Below are positions 23,301 to 33,112 of a DNA stretch of 64,000 nucleotides, in pieces. The stretch's first letter is position 1. Every line of letters starts with the position of its first letter. The notes under the pieces are model-generated. The model was not told the DNA's origin and made no database searches. It was given only the letters and a program-made list of their open reading frames with translations. Source of the stretch: an uncultured Planctomycetota bacterium (lineage in GTDB: Bacteria; Planctomycetota; Planctomycetia; Isosphaerales; Isosphaeraceae). The DNA is taken from NCBI GenBank assembly GCA_963845755.1, contig CAWJTV010000020.1, forward strand, positions 448,001 through 512,000, in the 5' to 3' direction. The translations under genes were made by a program, and so were the position numbers.

Positions 23301-23649
23301 TCGCGGACTTCTGAGGTCGCGGAAGTGGGCCGAGGCCGAACGCCTGCTCGACAACGCCCTGGCCATCCTGGACGAGCGGTGCCCCGATCATTGGACACGG
23401 TTCAATGTCCAGAGCCTGCTGGGCCAGAGCCTGCTGGGCCAGGGAAGATTTGCCGAGGCCGAACCGCGTCTCGTCGCCGGTTTCGAGGGCCTCATCGCCC
23501 GCGAGGCGAGGATCCCGGCGTCGGGAAAAACCGACTTGACCGAGGCTGGCGAGCGGACCGTGAAGCTCTACGAAGCCTGGGGAAAGCCTGAGAAGGCCGC
23601 GGCGTGGCGTGCCAAGCTGGTCCCGCCGCCCACCCGGGCCGCACAGTAA
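20301..23649 (+). CDS. Ser/Thr protein kinase with TM helix and TPR repeats (frameshift near 22075)
   Basis: IGEGGMG.VY, VALK, HRDIKPSN, DFG, YMSPEQ; repeated LG.DHPDTL TPR units in 21982..23649. Confidence 0.92.
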
Positions 23650-23790
23650 TCGGTGGGGCCACGGCCCCATCCGCATTGGCTTGAGATGAACACACTGGAG
23701 GTGCCGGCGATTCACCGGAATCGCTCGCAGCGCAATGACGCCGAATTCTGCTCAGGACTCCTCATATGAACGTCTCACGGAGACACGCAC

Positions 23791-24780
23791 ATGGATTCAC
23801 TCACCTCGACCGATGCGAACGTGAATGCGACGCGACCACGCGCACTTCCATGGCCGGTGGTCGATGTTCCGGCCCCGGTGCTGGCGGTGTTCCGGGGCAT
23901 CGGGCAAGTCTTCTTCCAGGAGAACGCCCTGACGGGTGCTCTCTTCACACTAGGGATAGCCATAAGCTCACCCCTGATGGCGGTCGGTGCGGTCGTCGGG
24001 TCGGCGATCGGCACAGCAACGGGTTGGGTCCTGAAGCTCGACAAATCGGAGGGTCTCGCCGGGATCTACGGCTTTAACTCCGCACTGGTCGGGATCGCCA
24101 CGCTCTTCTTCTTCCGCCCGGGGACGACGAGTATCGGCCTGCTCATCGTCGGCTGCGTCGTGGCGGCGCTGGTGACCTGCCTGGCGCGGCGATACGTGCC
24201 TTTCCCGACGTACACCGCGCCGTTCATCGTGACCACCTGGGCGCTGTTTTTCCTCGGGCAGGCACTGGGGGCGACCCGTGCCGATCCGGGGGGGCTCTGG
24301 AAGGAGTCGGCATCCTCGGGTCGGTCGCGCACGGAGTCAGCCAGGTCATGTTCCAGGCGAGCATCTGGACGGCGCTGCTGTTCCTCGTCGGCATCGCCCT
24401 GAGCGACTGGAAGCACGCGTCATGGGTCCTGCTGGCATCGGCCCTCGGCATGCTGTTGGGGAGCTACCATGTGACCGCCGCGGTGAGGGCTCTCGACCCC
24501 GAAAGCCTGGTCGATCGCTCGCCTATTCGAGAACGTCGCCTTGGGACTGTACGGTTACAACGCGACGCTGGCGGCCGTCGCCCTGTTCCTCTGGAGGCGG
24601 TCGTTCATCGCTCCCTTGTTGGGCATTCTTCTCTCGGTCCCGCTCACCGAGCTGATCCCGCTCGTCGGGCTGCCCGCCCTGACCGCACCGTTCGTCCTTG
24701 CGACGTGGCTGGTCCTGGCGTTCGGCTGGCTCGAGAGACGGCTTCTCGGCAAGAGCAGCACAATATCGGCGACGGGATGA
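23791..24780 (+). CDS. Urea transporter (UT/Yut family), copy 1 (frameshifts near 24300 and 24525)
   Basis: RGIGQVFFQEN, GIYGFNSALVG, PTYTAPF, GLYGYNATL, LPALTAPF; directly upstream of ureA. Confidence 0.9.
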
Positions 24781-24853
24781 AATGCCGTCAGGCTGCCACC
24801 CGGCGCCCGGTCGTGAACGTCTTCCGTATTCCCCGTCCCTTGGAGTTTGATCC

Positions 24854-25156
24854 ATGAATCTGTCACCGCAAGAGCGAGACAAGGCGCTGATCTACGTGAT
24901 CGGCCAGGTTGCCAAGGACCGCAAACGGCGCGGCCTGAAGCTCAACGTCCCCGAGGCCACGGCCTTGATCACAGCCGAGCTCCTGGAGCTGGCACGGGAC
25001 GGCAAGTCCGTTGCCGAGATCATGGCTGCCGGCCGCGAAATCCTCAAGCGTAGCGACGTCATGGAGGGCGTCCCGGAGATGATCGCGATGATCCAGGTCG
25101 AGCCGACCTTCCGCGACGGCAGCAAGCTGGTCACGATCCACGACCCGATCCGTTGA
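24854..25156 (+). CDS. ureA: Urease gamma subunit, copy 1
   Basis: [10 protein letters not shown]...RGLKLN.PEA...ARDGKSVAE...DVMEGVPEM...[19 protein letters not shown]. Confidence 0.97.
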   Translation: MNLSPQERDKALIYVIGQVAKDRKRRGLKLNVPEATALITAELLELARDGKSVAEIMAAGREILKRSDVMEGVPEMIAMIQVEPTFRDGSKLVTIHDPIR

Positions 25157-25203
25157 CGGTCGGCGCTAGTTCTTGATACCCGCAATTCCTGGGAGGCAGA
25201 ACC

Positions 25204-25581
25204 ATGATTCCTGGCGAGTTCTTGTTCGACAAACCCGACCTCGAGCTCAACGCGGGCCGTCCCGTCGTCACGCTCACCGTCAACAATACGGGGGACCGGC
25301 CGGTTCAGATCGGTGCCCATTACCACTTCTTCGAGGTCAACAGGGCCCTGATCTTCGACCGGGTGAAGGCGTACGGCATGCGGCTCGACCTGCCGAGCGG
25401 CACGTCCGCACGGTTCGAGCCCGGCGACACCAAGGAAGTCCGTCTGATCCCCTACAGCGGCCGCCGGGTGGTGTACGGGTTCAATGCCCTGGTCAGCGGC
25501 CGGCTGGACGACCCTCACACCCGCGAGACCAGTCTGAAGCGATGCCTCGATCAGAAATATGGCCATAAACCATCCCAGTGA
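25204..25581 (+). CDS. ureB: Urease beta subunit, copy 1
   Basis: [39 protein letters not shown]. Confidence 0.97.
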   Translation: MIPGEFLFDKPDLELNAGRPVVTLTVNNTGDRPVQIGAHYHFFEVNRALIFDRVKAYGMRLDLPSGTSARFEPGDTKEVRLIPYSGRRVVYGFNALVSGRLDDPHTRETSLKRCLDQKYGHKPSQ

Positions 25582-25635
25582 CACGGCGGACCTCACGATC
25601 GTATCCCATTCCGAACAACCCGAGGGCACCGACCC

Positions 25636-27357
25636 ATGAGCGTGAAACTCTCGCGAAAAGCCTACGCCAAGAAGTACGGCCCAACGGTCGGCGACCGCAT
25701 CCGGCTGGCCGACACCGAGCTGATCATCGAGATCGAGCACGACTACACCGACTACGGCGAGGAATCGATCTTCGGCGGCGGAAAGTCGATCCGTGACGGG
25801 CAGGATCAATGCCCGATCGAAGATGTGATGGGTCCCGAACACTGCGACCTGGTCATCACCAACGCCGTGATCATCGACCACTGGGGGATTGTCAAGGGTG
25901 ACATCGGCATTCGAGGCGGCCGCATCGTGGCGGTCGGCAAGTCTGGGAACCCGCTGACGCAATCCGGTGTTGACCCGAGGCTGGTCATCGGGCCGGGCAC
26001 CGAAATCATTGCGGGCGAGGGCAAGATCTGTACGGCGGGTGGCATCGACACCCACATCCACTTCATCTGCCCGCAGCAGATCGAGGTCGCCATCGCCAGC
26101 GGCATTACCACACTGATCGGCGGTGGAACCGGATCGGCGACGGGGACCTGGGCAACAACCTGCACGCCCGGCCCGTGGAACATCATGCGAATGCTCCAGG
26201 CATTCGAAGGGCTGGCGATCAACGTGGGGATCCTCGGCAAGGGCAACGGCAGCGTGCCGAGGCCCCTGTGCAAGCAAATCGAGGCCGGAGCCTGCGGGCT
26301 GAAGCTCCACGAGGACTGGGGCACCACACCCGCCGTGATCGACACCAGCTTGTCAGTGGCCGACGAATACGACATTCAGATCGCCATCCACACCGACACG
26401 CTCAACGAGTCGGGTTTCATCGACGATTCGATCGCGGCGATCAAGGGGCGGGCAATTCACAGCTTCCACACCGAGGGTGCCGGCGGCGGCCATGCCCCGG
26501 ACATCATCAAGATCGCCGGGCTGCCCAACGTGCTCCCCTCGAGCACGAACCCCACTCGCCCGTTCACCGTCAACACGATCGACGAGCATCTCGACATGCT
26601 GATGGTCTGCCATCACCTGTCGCGGGACATTCCCGAGGACGTGGCGTTCGCCGAGAGCCGCATCCGGGCCGAGACCATCGGCGCCGAGGACGTCTTCCAC
26701 GACCGCGGCATCATCAGCATGATGAGCTCGGACTCACAAGCGATGGGCCGTATCGGCGAGGCGATCGTCCGGTGCTGGCAGACGGCCCACAAGATGAAAG
26801 TGCAGCTCGGCCCCCTGGCCGGCGACAGCTCGCGCAACGACAACGAGCGCGTCAAGCGGTACGTCGCCAAATACACGATCAACCCGGCGGTCACGCATGG
26901 CATCGCCCAGCACGTCGGGAGTATCGAGGGCGGCAAACTGGCCGACCTGGTGCTGTACGAGCCGGCGAACTTCGGTGTGAAACCCTTCCTGATCCTCAAG
27001 GGAGGCCTCATCGTCGCCGCCCAGATGGGCGACCCCAACGCCAGCATCGCCACGCCGCAGCCCGTGTACATGCGACCTCAGTTCGCCGCCTACGGCCGGG
27101 CGCTGTCCAAGTCCTGTCTGAGCTTCGTCTCGAAGGTCTCGCTGGACAAGGGGATCGTCGATCGCTACGGCCTCGAGCGCGAGGTCGTGGCCGTCGAGAA
27201 CTGCCGTGACATCGGCAAGAAGGACATGCATCGTAACGAGGCAACTCCTGAGATCCGCGTGGACCCGGACACCTACCAGGTCTGGGTCAACGGCGAGAAG
27301 GTCAGCAGCGAACCGCTCGAGGAGCTGCCGATGTCTCAACTTTACTTCGTATTCTGA
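25636..27357 (+). CDS. ureC: Urease alpha subunit, copy 1
   Basis: [53 protein letters not shown]; all Ni ligands present. Confidence 0.98.
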   Translation: MSVKLSRKAYAKKYGPTVGDRIRLADTELIIEIEHDYTDYGEESIFGGGKSIRDGQDQCPIEDVMGPEHCDLVITNAVIIDHWGIVKGDIGIRGGRIVAVGKSGNPLTQSGVDPRLVIGPGTEIIAGEGKICTAGGIDTHIHFICPQQIEVAIASGITTLIGGGTGSATGTWATTCTPGPWNIMRMLQAFEGLAINVGILGKGNGSVPRPLCKQIEAGACGLKLHEDWGTTPAVIDTSLSVADEYDIQIAIHTDTLNESGFIDDSIAAIKGRAIHSFHTEGAGGGHAPDIIKIAGLPNVLPSSTNPTRPFTVNTIDEHLDMLMVCHHLSRDIPEDVAFAESRIRAETIGAEDVFHDRGIISMMSSDSQAMGRIGEAIVRCWQTAHKMKVQLGPLAGDSSRNDNERVKRYVAKYTINPAVTHGIAQHVGSIEGGKLADLVLYEPANFGVKPFLILKGGLIVAAQMGDPNASIATPQPVYMRPQFAAYGRALSKSCLSFVSKVSLDKGIVDRYGLEREVVAVENCRDIGKKDMHRNEATPEIRVDPDTYQVWVNGEKVSSEPLEELPMSQLYFVF

Positions 27358-27425
27358 AACGACGTCGCCGCGCCGGCGGGGATGCCTACCGCCGGTGCCT
27401 CCTCAGGTCGAGACCGCAGATTTCA

Positions 27426-28106
27426 ATGAATCTCCACTTGCTTCAGCTTGCCGATTCGGCCCTCCCGATCGGCGGCTATACTCACTCCTGGGGGTTGGAG
27501 GCGGCGATCGCTCAAAGGCGAGTCCGCGACCCCGCGACCCTGGAGCGATGGACAGTTCGTTGGCTACGAACCTGCCTGGGGCCGCTCGAGGGTGTGCTCG
27601 TCGCCTCGGCTTGCCGTGCGGCCCGCGCAGGCAAGCCCTTCGATCTACGAGCTCTGAATCACCTTGCCGAAGCATCGATCATTCCCCCCTCGATACGCAC
27701 AGCCAGTCGAGAGATGGGCGAGCAACTCCTGGCTTTGGGGGCGACGTGGGCCTGGTGTGCCGCGGGGCTTGCGCCGTTCCTGCCGGAGGGAACCGACGAA
27801 TCTGACGGCTGGCACCACCCGATCTCGTTCGGCCTGCTCGGGGCACTCGCGGGTGGCGATCCCGAGGACGTGGTGACGGCCTACCTGCACCAGGCGGCGC
27901 TGGGAATGATCGGCGCCGGGGTCCGCGCCATCCCTGTCGGTCACACGCATGGCCAGCAAGTGCTGGCCTATCTTCACGACGAGATTGAAAGCCTGACTCA
28001 GGAAATCCAAGGCCGCGAGCCGGAGACGGCCGGCGCCGGCTGCCCCTTCTACGAGATCCTTTGCGATGACCAAACTCGACTTTATGCTCGGATGTTCCGC
28101 TCTTGA
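27426..28106 (+). CDS. ureF: Urease accessory protein UreF, copy 1
   Basis: [22 protein letters not shown]-terminal YARMFRS. Confidence 0.95.
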   Translation: MNLHLLQLADSALPIGGYTHSWGLEAAIAQRRVRDPATLERWTVRWLRTCLGPLEGVLVASACRAARAGKPFDLRALNHLAEASIIPPSIRTASREMGEQLLALGATWAWCAAGLAPFLPEGTDESDGWHHPISFGLLGALAGGDPEDVVTAYLHQAALGMIGAGVRAIPVGHTHGQQVLAYLHDEIESLTQEIQGREPETAGAGCPFYEILCDDQTRLYARMFRS

Positions 28107-28119
28107 CGATCGGTCGGAC

Positions 28120-28860
28120 ATGCTGGGATGGTGCCCTGGACGCCATCGCCGGCGCTTCCGGGCGGGTGTTGTCTTCCACAAGGACCACGGCCACTCCCAC
28201 GACCACATGGGCAGGGCCGGCCCCGCTCGCTACGCGGGGCCCACGCGAAAGGTCTATACCCTCGGTGTGGCCGGCCCGGTGGGCTCGGGCAAGACCGCGC
28301 TGGTGGAGATGCTCTGCCGCGCTCTCTGGCCGGAGGTCAACCTTGCCGTCATCACCAACGACATCTACACCCACGAGGATGCCGAGTTCCTCTCGCGGCG
28401 CGAGGTGCTGCCGGTGGAGCGGATCGTCGGCGTCCAGACCGGCGGTTGCCCACACACGGCCATCCGCGACGACGCCAGCGCCAATCTGAGCGCCGTGGCG
28501 AATTTTCAGCGTCAGTTTCCCGGTCTCGAGCTGGTCCTGGTCGAGTCGGGCGGCGACAACCTCACAGCCGTCTTCTCGCGCGAGCTGGCCGACCGCTTTA
28601 TCTTCGTCATCGACGTGGCCGAGGGGGACAAGATCCCCCGCAAGGGAGGGCCGGGCATTTGCAACAGCGACTTGCTGGTCATCAACAAGATCGACCTGGC
28701 CCCGCACGTCGGGGCCGACCTGGACGTCATGCGACGCGACAGCCTGAAGATGCGGGGCGAGCGGCCGTTCCTCATGGTCAGCCTTCGGCAGAAGGAAGGG
28801 ATCGCGGAGGTCATCCGGTGGGTTCGCGAGCAGTTCGCATCACGCGCGACGAGCTCGTGA
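28120..28860 (+). CDS. ureG: Urease accessory GTPase UreG with His-rich N-terminus, copy 1
   Basis: [46 protein letters not shown] extension. Confidence 0.96.
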   Translation: MLGWCPGRHRRRFRAGVVFHKDHGHSHDHMGRAGPARYAGPTRKVYTLGVAGPVGSGKTALVEMLCRALWPEVNLAVITNDIYTHEDAEFLSRREVLPVERIVGVQTGGCPHTAIRDDASANLSAVANFQRQFPGLELVLVESGGDNLTAVFSRELADRFIFVIDVAEGDKIPRKGGPGICNSDLLVINKIDLAPHVGADLDVMRRDSLKMRGERPFLMVSLRQKEGIAEVIRWVREQFASRATSS

Positions 28861-29761
28861 CGCCGCCCGAGTTCCGGGGCCTGCACCCGACCGGGCACCA
28901 GGCCGCGCGGGTCGGTGGCGCACGCATCGAGCTCGTCCGCGTCGGCGACGAGACCCGCCTGGGGACTTGCTACCAGCAGGTCCCCGTCCGCCTGATGCCG
29001 CCGTTCGTCCTGGACTCGGAGCCAGCATCCTTGCTGTACCTGATCAACCTCACTGCCGGCCTGATGGATGGCGACGGCCACTGCGTCGAGATCACGGCGC
29101 GGGCGGGCACGCAGGCCGTCGTGACCGGCCAGTCAGCCACCCGGATTCATCCGGCCGTGGCCAGTTACGCAACCCAGCAATGGACCATCGAGGTCGAGGA
29201 CGATGCGTGTTTGGTCGTCCTGCCGGGACCGGCGATCCCGTTCCGAGGTAGCCGCTATTATCAGCGCGGCCGCGTCGAGCTCGCCCCCCGCACCGGTTGA
29301 TCTGGGGCGACATCTGGCTGGCAGGTCGCTACGACCGCGGCGAGCTGTCGGAGCGGTTCCAGTTCGATCGGATTGTCCAGGACTTCGAGGTCCGTCGCGC
29401 GGACCAACTGGTGTATCGGGATCGCTTCCGATGGGACGGCCCCTGGACCTCGGAGGACGCCGACTGGTTCTTCGGCGGCGCCCTCGCCTCGGCCAGCCTG
29501 TTCATCGCCGGGCCGGTGTCGGAGCCCGTTGCCGAGGTCGGCCCGACCCTGCGGCGTTCGGTCTTTCGGCTCGGCAATGGCGAATGGTGCATTCGATGGT
29601 GCGGCCACCCGTCGGCCGTCACGACCGACCTCGTGCATCACGCGTTGCGGCTGGCTGCGAGCTCGACCGACGGCTACGAGGCCCATCCCTGGCTGCTTGC
29701 GTCGTCCGGCCTTGCCCCCAACCACTGGTTCTCGACACCGGTAGAAAAATCAGGGGAGTGA
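28818..29761 (+). CDS. ureD: Urease accessory protein UreD/UreH, copy 1 (frameshift near 29290)
   Basis: GTG start [48 protein letters not shown]. Confidence 0.9.
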
Positions 29762-29959
29762 GACAATGTCAGAGAAGGACGAATCCCCACGCCACAGAAA
29801 ATCGGTGGTATCGTCGCGTGGCAATGCCGGTACAATCGAAGGGTGCAGTAAGGTCGGTGGCCACCTCACTGCCGTGTCGCTCGACCGGCAAGCGGACGTT
29901 CAACCTGTCCAACCGGCTGTCGTGGGGGAGGCCGGGGCTTCGTTTATGAGGAGGCGAAT

Positions 29960-31012
29960 GTGCCGATAATCTTGGAACGACGGAGCGGCGTGAGACGATG
30001 GGTCGCGCCATTGCTGATGGTCGTCTCCATCGCGATCGGGTTGGTCGCCGTCTCGGGAGCGACCGATCCTCAAGACGGGCAGAAGGCTCAGGCAGCGACT
30101 CCTACACCTCCGGGCGAAGTGGAGATCCGCAACGTACTCAAAGCTGTGACTGACGCCTACAACCAGGCCGACGCCAAGGGGCTCGCGGCTCGATTCACCG
30201 ACGACGCTGAACTCTTCGACCAGGACGGGCAAGTCGTTCGGGGGCGTGACTCGATCGGCCGACATTACGCCCAGGCGTTCGGCAATGGACCGACGTGCAA
30301 GATCTCGGGAAAGGTCGAATCGGTCCACTTTCTGTCCCCCGACGTCGCCTCGGTCGTGGGCCGGTTCCAACTTGAGGACGAGAAAGGCACTGCGCTCTCC
30401 TCGGGTAGTTACAGCCTGATCGCCGTTCGGAAGGGAGACCAGTGGCGGCTGGCCGAGCTTCGCGACGGCGCGACCACGACCGTTGAGTCCTCGGAAAAGG
30501 GAGGACCGCTCCGAGACCTCGAATGGCTGATCGGCGACTGGGTTGATGAGGGCGAGGATGGCAAGGTCGCGTCCACAGTGCGCTGGGACGAGGGTCGGAA
30601 GTTCCTGGTTCGCAAGTACTCGGTCCAGATCGATGGCGAACCCAACTGGAGCGGGACGCAGTGGATCGGTTGGGATCCGCAAGCGAAGCAAATCCGGTCG
30701 TGGGTCTTCGACTCCGATGGAGACTTCGGCCAAGGACAGTGGACCCGCTCGGGCAACGCCTGGATCGTCAAGGCAAGCGGGATCTCAGGCGACGGTCTCA
30801 CGACGTCGGCAACTCAGGTCATCGAGCCGGTCAACAAGGACGCCGTCAAGATGCAATCGACCGACCGCATCGTCGGTACCGAACTGCTCCCCGATCTGGA
30901 GGAGGTCGTGATGGTCCGTAAGCCACCATCGGCCGATTCCGACCGGCCGACGCCCGCCACGGAGCGAAATCCGCCGGCAGGGGTATTGGATCCCAAGAGC
31001 GATCGGCCTTGA
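29960..31012 (+). CDS. Secreted NTF2-like (SnoaL/DUF4440, SgcJ/EcaC-like) protein
   Basis: AYNQADAKGLAARFTDDA...GRDSI; second domain LEWLIGDW...IGWDP..KQIRSWVFDSDG. Confidence 0.8.
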   Translation: MPIILERRSGVRRWVAPLLMVVSIAIGLVAVSGATDPQDGQKAQAATPTPPGEVEIRNVLKAVTDAYNQADAKGLAARFTDDAELFDQDGQVVRGRDSIGRHYAQAFGNGPTCKISGKVESVHFLSPDVASVVGRFQLEDEKGTALSSGSYSLIAVRKGDQWRLAELRDGATTTVESSEKGGPLRDLEWLIGDWVDEGEDGKVASTVRWDEGRKFLVRKYSVQIDGEPNWSGTQWIGWDPQAKQIRSWVFDSDGDFGQGQWTRSGNAWIVKASGISGDGLTTSATQVIEPVNKDAVKMQSTDRIVGTELLPDLEEVVMVRKPPSADSDRPTPATERNPPAGVLDPKSDRP

Positions 31013-31123
31013 TTTCGAGCCAACCCGTATCGATTGGCGTCCTGGGTTCCAGCTTCCCGGCGGCCCTCGGCGAAAAATCGATCTGTCGTCCATCATGTAG
31101 GTATCATCGCGAGGCTCGTTGTC

Positions 31124-33052
31124 ATGGGCGCTTCTTGGAAACTGATCCTGGCTTTCGCCTTGTGTTTGACTTGCATGGAACCGACCTACGGCCAGCGGAG
31201 GGGCGGGGGAGGAGGAGGCCGTTCGGGAGGGGGAGGAGCTCGTTACGGAGGGGGAGGTGCCGGAGGTGGCCGATCGGCGGGACGGGCTGGAGGCGGAATG
31301 ACCAGTCCCTCGACTCGCCCGAGCGCGTCACGCTCTTATGGCGGGGGCGCCGGATCGGCCTACCGGCCCAACGCGGGTGGGACGAACCGGCCCTCGCAAC
31401 GTCCGAGCGCGACGCCCGGGCAATACGGATCTGGCTCGACGAATCGACCTGGGACGGGCGGGATGACCCGACCCTCGCCCTTGCCGGGTGGCGGCTACCG
31501 CCCCGATTCGGGTGGTGGTGGCCTCACTCGTCCGGGAGGTGGTAACCGACCCGGTTCGGGCGATTATCGTCCGGGTTCCGGTGGCAATCGTCCCGGCCTG
31601 GGCGACTACCGTCCGAGTGTGGGTGGTAATCGGCCTGGAGCCGGAGGCGATCGTCCTGGCCTGGGCGACTATCGTCCGGGTGCGAGCGGCAATCGTCCCG
31701 GCCTCGGTGATTATCGACCCGGTGCCGGTAGTAATCGTCCCGGATCGGGCAACTCTCGTCCTGGTCGGCCCGACTATGGCGACAACCTCGGGATGGTCAA
31801 CCGGCCGAATCCCGGAAACTTTCGCCCCGGTGGAGGTCTGGGAGGCGGCTGGTTCGGCAATAACAACACCCTCATCGTCAACAACGGCTGGGGTGGCGTC
31901 CGGAGGTGGCCCCGCCACGGCTGGGGATTCCCCAATTCCCGCTTCCATGGCAACTGGTATCGAGGGAGTTGGGGGCGAAACCACTTCGGTGGCTGGTTCG
32001 GTCCGGTCGGCATGGGTTTCGGGCTCAGGAGATGGCCGATCCGGGTTTTCCCCACCTGGGGCCACGCGGGACTCGTTGGTTGGGGACTCGGCCCATGGGC
32101 CAATCGCTGGCTCTACTCAGGGTTCATCAACCCGTATCTTGTCGCACCCGTGATCAATACGACGGTGGTCGCGAATGCGCCTCCGGTCTTTGTTCCGGAT
32201 TACAGCCGTCCTCTTGACTTGGCCAACATTCCTCCCGAGCCCGAAGGTACCGAGCAAGACGACTCGACGTTCCTGGCCGCACGTGACGCCTTCAAGTCCG
32301 GAGACTTTCCCCGCGCCTTGAGTCTGACCGACCTGGCCTTGCAGCCCTACCCCAACGATCCGGTCCTGCACGAATTCCGCGCGCTGTGTCTCTTCGCCCT
32401 GGGGCGGTATGACGAGACGGCGGCCGTGCTCTACGTGGTGCTGACCGCCGGCCCTGGCTGGGACTGGGCGACGATGTCGGGCCTTTACGCCGACGTCGAC
32501 ACCTATTCCCGTCAACTCCGGGCGCTGGAGGCGGCCATCAAGGCGAATACGTCCGTCGCGTCGAAGCGTTTCGTGCTGGCCTATCACTACATGGTTCAGG
32601 ACCACTTCGAGAACGCCCGGCAGCAATTCGAGTACGTTGTCAAGCTCCAGCCCAAGGACGAACTGGCGGCCCAGTTCGCCAAGTTGCTGACCCCACCTTC
32701 CGATGCTCCGACTCTGGGAGCGACGGACTCCGCCCAGGGTATCGAGACCGCCGGGATGCAACAGCCATCCCCTCTCCCGGCGGCCTTGGTTGGAAACTGG
32801 AAGGCCAAGCCAATGCCCGATGTGAGCATTGAGCTGACCATTCGGGAGGATGGTCAGTTCACCTGGGATGTCAAGTCCAATGGTCATTCGGATTCGATTG
32901 CCGGCGAGGCCGACTATCTTGATGGAGTCCTGACACTCACGCAGGCCGATGCCCCGGCCCTGGTTGGCAAGATCGTCAACCTGGGCGACAAGCAATTCGG
33001 TTTCGAGCTGCTCGGTGGTTCGCAGGTCGGGACGATCCAGTTCTCTCATTGA
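31124..33052 (+). CDS. Secreted Gly-rich low-complexity protein with TPR-like and C-terminal beta domain
   Basis: Signal peptide; RPG repeats; W/G-rich segment; AARDAFKSGD, PNDPVLHEFRALCLFALG, GPGWDW. Confidence 0.8.
   Translation: MGASWKLILAFALCLTCMEPTYGQRRGGGGGGRSGGGGARYGGGGAGGGRSAGRAGGGMTSPSTRPSASRSYGGGAGSAYRPNAGGTNRPSQRPSATPGQYGSGSTNRPGTGGMTRPSPLPGGGYRPDSGGGGLTRPGGGNRPGSGDYRPGSGGNRPGLGDYRPSVGGNRPGAGGDRPGLGDYRPGASGNRPGLGDYRPGAGSNRPGSGNSRPGRPDYGDNLGMVNRPNPGNFRPGGGLGGGWFGNNNTLIVNNGWGGVRRWPRHGWGFPNSRFHGNWYRGSWGRNHFGGWFGPVGMGFGLRRWPIRVFPTWGHAGLVGWGLGPWANRWLYSGFINPYLVAPVINTTVVANAPPVFVPDYSRPLDLANIPPEPEGTEQDDSTFLAARDAFKSGDFPRALSLTDLALQPYPNDPVLHEFRALCLFALGRYDETAAVLYVVLTAGPGWDWATMSGLYADVDTYSRQLRALEAAIKANTSVASKRFVLAYHYMVQDHFENARQQFEYVVKLQPKDELAAQFAKLLTPPSDAPTLGATDSAQGIETAGMQQPSPLPAALVGNWKAKPMPDVSIELTIREDGQFTWDVKSNGHSDSIAGEADYLDGVLTLTQADAPALVGKIVNLGDKQFGFELLGGSQVGTIQFSH
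31490..31830 (+). repeat. Coding tandem repeat, unit approximately GDYRPG(S/A)GGNRPG(L/S)
   Basis: Repeated GGCGA(C/T)TA(C/T)CG.CC and AATCGTCCCGG units within the CDS. Confidence 0.8.
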
Positions 33053-33112
33053 GTCCCGGATCTTCGTCGATTCAACGCACCCGATTCGGGGCCTGCTCAA
33101 TCGCTCCATGAG

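Noticed and set aside
23650..23790. Possible guanidine riboswitch or sigma54 promoter upstream of the urea transporters
   Set aside because: No ykkC, mini-ykkC or TGGCAC-N5-TTGC patterns were seen by eye before either transporter.
31490..31830. Short direct repeats that could suggest a CRISPR array
   Set aside because: Repeats are in frame, vary at third codon positions and encode peptide repeats; no unique spacers and no cas genes.
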